DNA of 64,000 bases from Phyllosticta citribraziliensis. Taxonomy: Eukaryota. The stretch lies in contig NW_027117339.1 of NCBI RefSeq assembly GCF_038025025.1, forward strand, positions 868,001 through 932,000. The letters are read 5' to 3'. A program made the translations under genes and the position numbers. Shown here in pieces: positions 25,201-37,162 of this stretch. Numbering within the stretch: position 1 is the first letter of the stretch; each line of letters begins with the position of its first letter. A model generated the notes under the pieces. The model was not told the DNA's origin and made no database searches. It saw only the letters and a list, made by a program, of their open reading frames with translations.

Positions 25201-26537
25201 GGACGGGCAGCAGGGCGCGCTTGCTGCGCTGGATGCACGGTCAATCGAAGGCCTGCTCGGCGGTCAGCGGTCAGGACACGGAGAACGAGGGCCGACACGT
25301 CCGAAGAATTATCAGTCTGGATTCGACTTGAAACAACGCCCTTGCCGGCGCTCATCTCGACCACTAAACGCGCGTCTGGTCCCATGGACCTTGGCGCGTT
25401 GCATGGCCGAGTTCATTCTGCGGCGTTCTGTGCTGAGTTCGCTCGGGGCCTGAGATTGAAGGCTGATTTTTATTAACCGGATGGCTTGTTCGGGGACCTG
25501 GGCCCGTGCAAGACCCCGGAATTTTGTGATACTCCGGCACTTTGGCGAGGCAAAAGATGCGGAATATTCCTGTACGAATGCTTTCTTGGCTTGGTGCGCA
25601 ACGTCGGCAAAATCCGCAGTATAGACTGATATTCTTGTCGTTGTTGTTGTTGCTTGAAACCAAGAATTCTCCATCCAGAGCAGGAATTGATCGTGAGGAC
25701 CAACCGAGTCGTGTAACTCTCATGAAGAAAAGTTGTGTCCGGCACCTCAGGCCATTGGTAACGCAGGCGAGGGGAGGAACTTTTGTTAACAGCGTGAAGG
25801 AAAGGAATGCCATCCAAGTGGTGAAAATTCATATCAGACATGCGTACTTCTCTGCGGACGCACTGCAAATGCAATGGCTCACTGCGAGTTGACGAACCTT
25901 AGTCAGAAGCGGCCTCTACAAGGACGAGTAGATGACTGCAAAGCCCACGGGAAGCGAGACGATTTGGAGAAAAACACAATGAGACAAGCAGAGACGAAAT
26001 ATTTAGCGCATGTCAGCGCTGGGCTTGCAGGATGCGGTGCTTGTAAGGTTTGGATGGTGCTCATGAATTGGCTGGGGGAACCCTGTCGGCGGAACGGGGG
26101 AAGAAGGCCTTCCTCCCACTCGAGCATTTCGATCGGGAAAGCTGGAGACTTCCAATCCTCGGCCCGCGCGCCAATCATGTCCCCCTCCGGCGTCTTCACG
26201 GAGCTTAGCCAAAACCTTCACCACACTGCACTTCACCCTGCTTTCTTTTCTTTTTGCGCTCGTGGTCCGACTGAAAGCCTGCCTGTGCGACTTGTGGCTG
26301 TCACGAAGATTGTGCAGGACGTGGTGCGACATCTGGTGTTGAATTCCGCTGCCGCTGAGGCAAGGGCAGCCACCGTATGTTTCCGTTGCGTTACAGCGCG
26401 TCTTCCTGTCCGCAAGTATCTAGACTGGGTCAGTCTGTAAAAGCTATTCTAACCACTTATCGAGAGCGATGAAAAAGCCAATTGGATGATCACCGGATTT
26501 GCCCGCATTCAGTCCGGGAACCCCTTTCCCCTGAATC

Positions 26538-29369
26538 TTAACCATGGCCACGTGGACGCCATTCGCGATGCAGTATTGTTCCGTAGCCCATCTGACCCTG
26601 CCCTTGCATACCGACAGCTGTCGATTGATCTGCTACTGTGCTGCCTGCAAAGTATGTGGGGTACTGGCTTGGGCCGACTGTTTGAAGATTCTGTCCCTTT
26701 GCGTCCAACAGCTCATTGTTCGCCCATTGGTTCTGTGGGGACTGATAAGATGGCGTGGTTGCGTGCGACTCCAGCGACATGAGACTCATGTCGGTCGGCA
26801 CAGTGGTGGATGACGGCACGACGTCATTTGTTGCTCTGGAAAAAGGTGCCCCACTGATGCTCTGATTCGGGTAGCGAGTAGCAAAGTTTGAAACTGGAGG
26901 AGACTGACCTGCTGTTTGTTAGGAAGCTGGGGGCTTATTTAGAAGATCATCGCACTCACTAGTGCCTAGATGGTTCTGCCAAATATCTGGGCGTTGGAGT
27001 CCTCCCAAGCTGCTATCACGGCTTGAAACTTCCGGCTCGTTAGAGTTTTGCACCATGGTAGAGTCTGAAGCTTGCCAAGATGGCGTCCACTGCATCTCAG
27101 TCTGCAAAAATGGAGGTGTAAACGCGTGGTAGTAATTTTGGGGGTGAAAAGGTTCAAAGGCGGAATGAACGCGATGTTGATTCACGTAGGGCCTGGCTTG
27201 AGCAGCATCTGCAACCAGCGCGATACCTCCAGGTTTCGGGCCCATGGGGTTTCTAGCATCGGGGGATACCATGTCCTGAGTATTTACTCTTTCGGAAGAG
27301 CCTTTGTCTCTCAAAGTTTGCGTCTGGACCGCAGAATGGGAAATCTGGTCCCCGCCCTTCCTTGAATGTTCTCGCATTATGTCGACACACTGGGCGGCGA
27401 AAGGGTGTGTTTCAGCCATGGCCTCGAGATCGTGAATACCCTCAAGTAGACCTTGAGCAGCTTGAGGATCCGGCGCATCTTCAAGGTGTTGAACAGAGCT
27501 CCAGAAAAGAATGTGAATAAGGAGTGGCGGGCAGCAATTTACGGCATATGTTTGGCGAAATATCCTCATCAACTGCGTAATATTGCGAGCTGATTTTCGG
27601 CACATCTCCCGAGGGCGGATATTGAAATCCGCGAAGCACAAGTCGGTCGAAAGTCGGAAAAGGAGGAAAATGCAATTGTGGTAGAGCATGCTGTGCGAGA
27701 TTGACAGTCAGCTTTCTATAGCTTTAAAATTGAGGACCAGAAGACTTTATCAATGAAGCGCCACGTTATGTGCTGTTTCCTTGCGCTAAATGTTGATTTC
27801 GGAGCTCCTTGTAACTTACTTGAGAAGCAGAATTGAAGACATGTTTGAAGGTGTCTCGGCAGAAGCTAAATGTTCTGCTTGGAGCTTGGTTGGAAGGCCA
27901 TAATACCATGACTGAAATTTTGCGTAGCAATGCAGTACGGACTCGGTCGTCAATTGCTCACCTCGGGCAAAGATGATGCTCAACATTCCACTCGTAATTT
28001 CGTAAAAGCCAGTCAGATGGTAGAGTATCTCGGGAGTTTGGCTAACAGGAGCGACCGATCTCGTGGGTGGTTGAATGTAGTGTTCCCACCCTGGATCTTC
28101 GTTGCCAAATTTCAGGTTCTCCTTCTCAATCGTTATGGCAAAATTCGGAATGGAAGGTGTCCGTCCTGTGCATAATGCCCAAGCTCTGCCAACCAATTAG
28201 CAGACCAGAATTAAGGAACGAGGAACTTGGACTAACACGTCTAATGTGTAACAACCCCAAAACACATAGGAGCGCTCATCGACTTCGGTCTGTTCTTGAG
28301 GAAGATCCCGTTCGCCGGAGACCGACAGGTGAAGACCCATTTCAATGATGGTTCCCATGCATTGGCGGATGTAACGAAAACCAGAGCTGTCCCGTCCCAT
28401 CGATATTTCCCTGAGACTCATGATTGCGAGGGCCTGGATGGTGGAGACTGATGACGAACGCTCCTCTTCATTTAGAAGCCTCCTGGCCTCGGCAAAGAAT
28501 TGGTCACCAGTCGTTTGGGCATCTTCCGGGTCTGTGCGGACATCTAAACGATCAGAGTAGTGGCAGGAAAATGCAAGGATAGCGTTGACAAGAAGTGGAC
28601 TACAGCTCCTCAGGTCCCCTTCTTCGAAAGCTTTCCAAAAGACCTTCTTCGAACCGATCGGATGATATGGATGGATGCGACTGAAGTAGAGCTCGAGCAG
28701 GTGATTGACAAGCTCGGTTGGCGCCAAAGTCCAAGTTACTTTGCCCTCAAGCGGAGCTGAAGCGTGCAAATCCAGGGCTGCTTCCGTACCATGAGTTGGG
28801 CCTGGATTTCGAAGGCTGAGAATCGATGTTTTGCCATAGTGTAGGCGAATATAGGGGTGTGGACTTGGCGGTATCTCGGTAGGAGCCTCTCCTTGTTGTT
28901 CTACGGCGCCAAATCTGAGGGTTTGTGCCGACTTCGCTAAGGCATCGATGTCTTTGCAGCCTTGGATCTGTTCGATGAGACGTGCAGCTTGAGCGCCGGG
29001 GAGGGCCTTCACTGATGCTGCCAGTTTACTCGTGGATTCAGAGAGCGTCTTTGGATGTCCACCATCATCGGCGTCTGGAGTTCCTTTCGTGCTCAGCTTT
29101 GACTCGCCTCCGTAGTGGCATTCGGTCTTATAGACAGCTGTGCAGGAGGAGCAAGAGGGTATAGAGCCATCGCATTTGCTTTTTCTCTTGCGGCATGGTA
29201 CACACTAAGTAGATGGATGGATGTTCTCAGCAACGCATTGTGGCGGCCATCGTTCTGGGCAGCGACTTACGGCCGTTGGGGTACACTTCCGTTTCCTCTC
29301 CCTTGAGGATTCGTCCTGTGTCTTTGCTTTCTCTCCGCGCGCGGCCTTCAATGGCGTGTATTTTCTCAT
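26538..29369 (-). CDS. NirA/NIT4-like Zn2Cys6 transcription factor with fungal-specific TF domain
   Basis: Spliced cluster CTPTA|CVPCRKRKSKCDGSIPSCSSCTAVYKTECHY resembles NirA; middle domain LLELYF..CSPLLVNAILA..GDQFFAEARRLL..TIQALAIMSLRE..MGLHL; final exon joins ORF 26538-26819 via a GTGAGT..CTAAC..CAG intron. Confidence 0.85.
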
Positions 29370-30186
29370 ATCGAGAGGGTTGATCTCGGTCGGTTGGTTG
29401 AGGAGTGGACATGGAGAGGCGCAAGAGGCACACTGCGCCTGAGTCAATCAAAAGCCGAACGAGCCACAGCCCAACCCTTTGGCGCAGCAGACTTTGAGGA
29501 CAGATGTGGCATGCTATGGCGCAGTAATCCACCCAAGGTCGCTTCGTCTGCATTGGAAATCGATGCTTGTTGCTCCTTCGCAGACGTTGTCAAGTTTTCA
29601 GCAGCGACCCTTTAGGCATTCTGCCGCCGGCAGCTTGTTGCAATAGCTCCAAACAGACAGAAGGGAACGAACAAAGATTAGTATCCCAGGGCGTTGATGG
29701 CCAATTCAAGCAGCTATACCGGTATGGCACGACTCCTCCGTCGCCCGCAACGAGCTTATGATTCCGGACGATCCTGAAGTCGGCCCACTGTTAGATTTTT
29801 GGTGGCTTTGTTGGCCCCAAATCGACTGTGCCGTCACTTGTTGGGCGAGACCTTCGGAACGGCTTCTTAGCCAACCGTAATGCATGCTCCTTCGGCCGGC
29901 TCACTGGATGCTCCATGCTCGATGCCCGTGGAAGTCGTCACAACTCTTGAATCTAATAGTACGTCTACAAATCTCCTGTTCGACCTCGCGCTTAGCTGAA
30001 GGCGGTCCAGTCCATAGGTTTTCGAAGGGTATAGAAAATTTGCGTGGAAATTCAACCACGGCGCCAAAATAAGCGACCTGAAACATGTCCGAAGTGTCCA
30101 CCTCTTCAACTCGCAGGTCGCAAAGGCTGACATTTGGTAATCCGCAACTCAACGTCTCCCAACGAGTCATGTTGTATTTCTTCACT

Positions 30187-31565
30187 CTACCGATCAACCT
30201 CCACCTTGGCACCCTCACCGTTTGCTTGCGCACCACCTCCGGTGAGAGGAATAGTCCGGTCCAGGGGCGGCAGCAGGCTCCTTGCCATCTGTCTTGACTG
30301 CTGGGCCAGGACTGCATCCATGATGACCAAAGCCGCCATCGACTCCACAATCGGCACGGCCCGAGGAACAACGCAGGGGTCGTGCCTGCCCTTTGCTTCC
30401 AGAACACCATCCGTCTCGTCGTAGCCAGTAGTTTGCTGAGCTTGGCCGATCGTCGCCGGTGGCTTGAAGCCAACGTTGAAGTAGATGTGAGCGCCGTTGG
30501 AAATACCACCCTGGATGCCACCCGAGTTGTTGGTTTTCGTCGTCAGTCGTGGCCGAGCAACAGACTCGGGAGTGCCATCTTGCGCCGACGCCTTGATGAA
30601 CGGGTCATTGTGAATTGATCCAGGCACCTGGCAGCCTCCAAATCCGGAGCCGATTTCGAAACCCTTTGTTGCGGGGATGCTGAGCATCGCATGGCCGAGC
30701 AGAGCCTCGAGCTTGTCGAAACAAGGCTCACCCAATCCAGAGGGGACGTTGCGAATCACGCAAGTGACAGTGCCTCCGATGCTGTCTTGACGATCTCTGT
30801 ATTCTTCAACAAGCTTTTCCATGCGCTTGCCGGCCTCCTCGCTGGGACAGCGGACGGGAACGAAGCTGTCAACGGTCTTGCGATCGATCTTGTTGATCAG
30901 GTCCAGAAATTCGGGGTTCGTCGAGGCAGTAGGGTGCTCGGGAGTAGGGGTGAACAGGAATTCCTTGCCAATGGAGGCAGTGAAGGCGACAATCTCGACA
31001 CCGAAGGCTTCCCTCAGGTACTTTTCCGCGATTGCACCGGCGGCGACGCGGCCTAGACTCGAGTCAGCAGAGATCGCAATTGTTTCTGCGCGATTATCAC
31101 TAACCAATTGTTTCACGAGCACTGCTCCTGCCACCGCCGCTGCTCGCCTTGACGCCGTATTTCTCAAGGTAAGTCCAGTCAGCATGGCTGGGTCTCGGGA
31201 ACCTGTCCATGGTGTTGTTTCCGTAGTCCTTGGGCCGTTGGTTCTCATTCATGACCCTCATGCCGATTGGAGTTCCCAGAGTGATTCCAAATTCGGTGCC
31301 CGATTGTATTTCTACGCGATCCTTTTCGTTTCGCGGCGTGGTGATTGCGCTCTGTCCGGGACGGCGACGAGTCATTTGAGGTTGGATATCAGCCTCTGTG
31401 AGGCGCATGCCCGGAGGGACGCCATCGACGATGCATCCAACTGAGAGGCAATGCGACTCGCCGTAGCTACGCGAAGTTAGAACAGCTGCTATTGAGACGT
31501 TGGTGGTCTTGTCGTGAGCTCGAGCCTTACGTGGTGACGCGGAAATGGGAACCGAAGGTGGACAT
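30187..31565 (-). CDS. ARO2: Chorismate synthase
   Basis: Exons 31565-31531, 31466-31105, 31052-30187; [67 protein letters not shown]. Confidence 0.97.
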
Positions 31566-32125
31566 GGTGGCTGAAGGAACCAGGACTGGCGAATGCGACG
31601 GGCAGCAGTGAGCAGTTGAGTGTGCTATCACCAACAATATAAAGAGGTCGAATGGTATGACTGTTTTTGAGCAACTACTAAAAATGTCGGATCCCGACGG
31701 GGACGTCCGATTTGCGGCAGAAAATAACCGCCGAGTGCCGACCGCCTCACAGGGAAGGGAGTCCATCTGCCCGTCTGCGGCCTTGGACGTCCTCCATTGT
31801 TCTCGCCTTCGGTGCGAATCCCCCGATCGGTCCCAGATATCGTATCGTCACCGTTTTGATGCACGTCATCCGCGAGGGTGGATTGTGACCTCATTCTTAT
31901 TCTGGGCTCTGCAAATCCACTTCTTTCAATTTTTTTATTCTTTGTTCCCTGCCTACCATCAATTCGTCGCAAGGGAATAGTCAGATAATCGCACTTTTTG
32001 CACATCATGCCATGGAAAAGCGGACTTGATTGGTCGTCACTGGTATCAGTCTACAAATGCAAAAAGTAACGCTGCGGCAATATGCCCCCGAGCGTCCACG
32101 TTGATTCTTTGCCTGAGTCCTCATG

Positions 32126-33225
32126 CTAACTGGGCATGCCGCGCATCATATCCATAACGCCAACAACATTGTCCGCCAACCCACCTGCCTGTCTCTCTAT
32201 AGTCTCTACATTGACTCTTTCAAGTGCCGCCTGCATGCCATCCACGACCTCTCTGTCTTCAAGAACCTGTCCCATCACTTGTCCTTCGTTCGTCCAGTAC
32301 TCCTCTGATCTTTGACGAAGGCCCCTGTCCCGGGCCACAGTGTTCTTGAGCGCACCAAGCATACTGAGCTTGCCCCTCAGACCTTCAGTCATTCGGATAT
32401 TGTCCTCAAGCCTCTCTACTACCGTCGGAGGCATGGCCAGCCAGCGGTTGGTGGATGACAAGTAGACGATGTACCCTAAGGCTGCATCTACTACGGCGAA
32501 GCCCAAGTAACGCAAGGTACGCACACGCCAGTAGAACGGCTCAATGTCACCCAGACGTGTCGCGGTGGCATTCCTCTGGTAATTGTAGGAACCCAATAGC
32601 CAGATTTCAACGGCAGCGAGTGAAACACCTGCGATTGCTGCCGGCGTCCTCCAGCGCGCACCGTGTATGCCGGACATCAGCGATGACGTCAGTATTCCCA
32701 GGACCATGAGGTGGAGCAGATGTGGTGCCAAAATCGATGGCAGCGCATAGTAAAAGTAACTCGAAGGCTCCTGGGAAGTACAGTACGGACAGCTTGCCAG
32801 AACATCCGGTCCATAGGCGAGGTAGAGCAAGCGCGATTCCAAATTTACAAACTTGGCCTTCAGAAGCTCGTCTCTTTCGGAGAGCCCATGTAAAGAGCTT
32901 AGTCGAACGAAGAGAGGTCCGTTGGGAATCTGCAAACGGGAGGAGGTGGCGCGGAAGACATTCTCGGGAGCGAAATATGGAAGCGAGTAGATGAAGGCAA
33001 AAAGGGCAAATGCGTAGAGAATGTTGAGAGAGCGTGCGACATCCGCAGGCAGTGGTCGTATGCGTGAAGGTGGAGCGCTCCTGATTGACTGGTATGTCTG
33101 ATATCCCCTCGTAAACAAGAAAGGTCCAATCCACATCAAAATGCGCAGGACGCTGGACAAAGGAGTCAGTGGAACGGGTCTCGTGGAGTCGCGGGTGGTC
33201 AGACATACCCTGAGAAGGAGATCAT
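32126..33225 (-). CDS. Conserved fungal multi-pass membrane protein of unknown function
   Basis: Short exon MISFSG + GTATGT..CTGAC..CAG intron into the 344-codon ORF; several hydrophobic segments, ENVF..TSSRLQIP, RLLYLAYGPDVLASCPYC. Confidence 0.8.
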
Positions 33226-33555
33226 CTTGCGTTGTCCAGCATCGGTGGGAGTACTTGTTGTGGAGTTAGCTCGGGCACAAGTTCATTGTGAAGTTGAAGG
33301 CATGCAAGCCAGATTGCAGTGCAGCACCCAGCGGGCGGAGGGCAGCTTTGGCCGGTTTGTGCCCTCACTGTGGCGCCGTGGCGCAAAGATAAGCGTCGCG
33401 ATAAGCTGTGGCTGGCGCTTCCGCATCTGAGGTTGAGGCTCCTCCGCCGCTATAACCCTTCCGCTCTTCTACATCGCTCGACGGCCAGGGATCCTCGACC
33501 CATGGCAAGTCTTGCGCTTCACCTTGACTCTACATTCTGTCGTTAGCCTTCCAAG

Positions 33556-34090
33556 ATGACGGAACCTCGCATGCGCATGCGCCAAAAAGGCCAGCAGTTC
33601 GACACACGAGACCGTAAGCCCAGGACATACTCTCATCTCAAGCTGCTCGTAACTTACCGTCTTCAGTTGAGGCCTACCTGGTCGCCTTTGGAGATGACCG
33701 TCACCCGCTCCCCGAGACCGTTCGAGTTCTAGATGAAATCATCACCGAGTACGGCTCACCTCACCACTGACACTGGAGACTTGCTGACAACTCGGTAGCT
33801 TTGTCATCGAAACCTGCCACGAAGCCGCCCTCTGTGCGTCTTACTCACGTCGTGCCAAAATCAAGGTCGACGACTTCAAGTTCATCCTGCGAAAGGACCC
33901 CGTCAAACTCGGCAGAGTCACCGAGCTTCTTAACAAGGACAAGGAGATCAGGACGCAGCGCAAAGTCTTTGCTGTCGATGATGAACAGATCGGCAAGGAC
34001 GAGGGCAAGGAAGAAAAGCGCAAAGGCAAGAGAAAGGATGGCCATGTTGAAGAGCGCCCAGCCAAGAAGGCACGAAGCAACAAGGACTGA
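33556..34090 (+). CDS. TAF13: TFIID subunit 13 (TFIID-18kDa histone fold)
   Basis: Exons 33556-33613, 33667-33748, 33799-34090; AFGD..PLPETVRVLDEIITDFVIETCHEA..KIKVDDFKFILRKDPVKLGRVTELL. Confidence 0.92.
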
Positions 34091-34323
34091 AGGCCATACC
34101 TTGCCGACACCACGCTGGTGTTGCGTTGAGAGGTGACAAGCTTGCGGTTCTGGGAATTCTTATGGTGTTCGGAGTCTTCGGATCAATATACCCATCCGGT
34201 TGAAATTATACAGAGTACCACAGCGGAACCGATCTCTCGTCACTGGACAGCGCGAAAGAAAACGAAAGCTGGTATTCATTGCTCACGGAAGCCATATGTG
34301 AGATGCTGTGGCAAAGGCCCTTC

Positions 34324-35124
34324 TCACTCCTCTTTTTCCAACCCTTGCTCCTCAGGCTTCCAGTGTGGATCTTGCTTGCTAACAATTATCTCGTCCACCT
34401 TGACCCTCTCCTCCACAATTTGTTTACCGTTGACCAGGTCGTTTTCTGACACGCGCTTATTCGCTTCTGCCTCATCTTTGGCGATACCAGCTTTCACATG
34501 CCTGCCCACCAACCGCCTCCTCGCTGTTTCGAAGTCGACTTCGACAAACCAAAGCTCGTCCATCAACTGCGCAGCCTGTCGCCAAGGGTCTCTGTCCAAG
34601 CTGAGATAATTGCCCTCGAAGAGCAATATGCGCGTGGTCGGGGCAATGGCGATATCATCTGGAACGGGATCCTTAACGGCGTGATCGAAGCTGGGTGCGT
34701 ACAGTGTACGGGTCTCTGGTGCTAGAGGTTTGCGCAGCGCTTTGATAAGGCGAAAGAAGCTCTCAGCATCGAAGGTGAAGTGGGCCCCGCGACGAGCGTG
34801 AGCCATGTGAGGGTCTGGCATTGCGTCCAACTGAGCGCGAGATAGGTGATAGCCGTCCATCGGTACGAATCCTGCTATCGGAGGCTCACCCGCACTCGCG
34901 CCAGGCAGTTGTGCATGGTAGAGCTGATTGAGTCGAGAGGCAACTTTGGCAGCAAGCGTCGTCTTTCCACTGCCAGGGATTCCCGAAACTCCAATGAGTA
35001 GACGTTGCGACCGGCTCAGGTGGTGGAATTTGTCTGCTTCAAGTCAGTCGACTTGTCGGCGAGCTGGGTCGAGCGCATTCCTACCCCAGACTTTGTTCGC
35101 GAGGCGCTCTACCTGATCTTCCAT
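34324..35124 (-). CDS. P-loop kinase, phosphoribulokinase/uridine kinase family (Yfh7-like)
   Basis: MEDQVERLANKVW|DK..IGVSGIPGSGKTTLA (Walker A), PMDGYHL, RRGAHFTFD, PSFDHAVKDP, EGNYL, ENDLVNG. Confidence 0.9.
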
Positions 35125-35389
35125 GTTGTGGTGCAAGAGAGGAGCAGAATTGAGGACCTGGTTGCTGGGAAGCTGGCGGCTTTTGGCTCAGGAGCGCGCG
35201 TGGTGGTCCCACCGCGGGGTAAGGTAGCTGACACGACCCGGATGACGTCGGGACACCAGGTCCAGCCCATCGGCAAACTTTCGCTTTTGCACGTCACCAA
35301 GTCCGCAGCCATGTGGGTAAGTCTCGCGACTCTCGATATCGAAGTTTTTCCAGACAAAACAACAAGTGGGTATCAGATCAAACAAAAAA

Positions 35390-36812
35390 CTACGGAGTCC
35401 CATACACCAATGTGTGCAACTGCTTTCTGTTCGGACCTCCGTATACGTTCATCCAGCAATAGCCGTACTCTGGGCAGCTGTGCAGGCGCCGTCATTAGCT
35501 CGAGATTGATATAGGGATCCACCGGGCAACTCACAATATTGGATCTCGGCCAAAGATGATGTGCCAAAGATACTCAAAGACTCGACCGCTGTTCTCGTCA
35601 TCCATCTCCGTGTCCATCAACCATTGCCGGTACATCAGGTAGTCTTCGATTGGCCGCGTCATGATCTGGTTGCTCGAAACTGCAAACTGAGCACAACAAG
35701 GTGCTGCAATAATCGCCGGACAGGGCGTCGAGGGGAAGAACACGTCCCAAACAACACTCATGTTCCTCTCGTACATTTGATTCTCTGGCGTATTCTGCCG
35801 GAATGGTTGGACTTCAGCGGGACAACCCGGAGTAAGAGCGCATCGAAGATTGGCGAAGCCTGCCTCCTGGACGAACTCGGTTCGAAGTGCTTTGAGCGCA
35901 ATCATGTTGCTCCGCGCCGGCATCCCGTCTGAATGCCAGAACTTGTCCTGATGGCTGTGGATGAAGGCTACCGTGGACGGGAACTTTCCGTAATTCTCGA
36001 TGATGTAGGTGAGGTACGCCATGGCCTATGACCCCTGATTAGTCTTGGAAAGACCCTTGGCTAATGGTAAAACCTACTTCTTTTCCTTTATTCATGGGTG
36101 TCTTGAGGATGGCATCCTCATCGTCAACGCTGTAAATGGCTGATTGCCAGCTGGAAAAACATAAGCGAAGCTCTCTGCGCAAATGGAGGGCGACCAACTC
36201 TGGCAACTCATCTGCCACCCAGCTCGTATCGTCTTTTTGAGTCTTTGCCATTACGACAATCTTATCCGGTACGGCCTCCATGTAGTCACTTGGACTGTCC
36301 GCCAAGTCTTCCGCATCTTCATCGCCAGTGTCCTCTCCACTCTCCTCCGACGGGCTGTCGTTCTCAGACAGATCCTCAGTGTCGACAATCGCATTACCGG
36401 CCGTATTCCCAGCTTCAGGAGGGTCCGAAGAAGCTTGCTCGGAGTCAACTTGTTCGGGTGTTTTGTCGTCTTGGGTCGCCGGCGATACTTTCGCACTTCC
36501 TTCAGGTTGTGTCGACGGATCCTGTGTCACTTTTGGCGGCAGTTCGCCGGCGTCTTGGATCGCTGCTGGCCATGATTGCGACAGATCGGGTACCGGTGTC
36601 GGCGTCCCAAAACCAATGAACTTCGGGTCGATGCTTGTCGTTTTGCTACCGCTGCTTCCCAGGTGCGACATCCCCTCGGATATGCTGCCTTTGAATGAGT
36701 CGAGTTTCCCCCATCGATCCTTGATGTAATCGGAATGGTGGAAGATGGTCCAGAGGATCATCAGCAGCACAGCAGCTGAAGCCAAAGTCCCGAGCCGAAG
36801 CGGTGTTCTCAT
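35390..36812 (-). CDS. DUF3431 family type II membrane protein
   Basis: N-terminal TM (LASAAVLLMILWTIF), acidic stem, VVMAK..DTSWV, NKGKEAMAYLTYIIENY, FIHSH..WH, APCCAQFAVS, GRVFEYLWHIIFG; last exon CPEYGYC. Confidence 0.88.
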
Positions 36813-37150
36813 CTTTCGAGCAACCGTCGCCCAACGCTTGCGAGCGAACCGTACGACCGCATCAGAAATCAAAAGGCAGACTTGATCTTCAAAAGGCAGC
36901 CTCGGGGTTGGCCCAGCATATCAAGGCAGCGTGTACAGTCCGGGCACGGCTCCACGCTGGGCCTCTTGTCTCTGCCCTCTTCTAGATACATGAGGCTGAG
37001 CCCCACGATAGTCGTCAAGGGCCACGGCGCGGTGACGCGCGGTTCCCTTTTTTCGATGGGCGCCCTTGCGCGGCCTCGCAGCGCCGTGTTACGACAGAAG
37101 CCATACAGATATTTAAGATGAAACTGAAGAACGAATAGGAAGGCGCCTCG

Positions 37151-37162
37151 CTAACCCTAACC
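37151..37162 (+). other. Telomere-repeat-like 12-mer CTAACCCTAACC
   Basis: Two permuted (CCCTAA) units; function unresolved (promoter site, telomerase RNA template or chance). Confidence 0.5.

Noticed and set aside
26419..26460. Minus-strand ATAAGT..CTGAC..TAG resembling a telomerase-RNA terminal intron
   Set aside because: Upstream on that strand is the NirA-like CDS, with no template or room for an ncRNA
29165..29200. Apparent frameshift in the NirA-like zinc cluster
   Set aside because: The run has five A on the coding strand, giving RKRKSKC in frame
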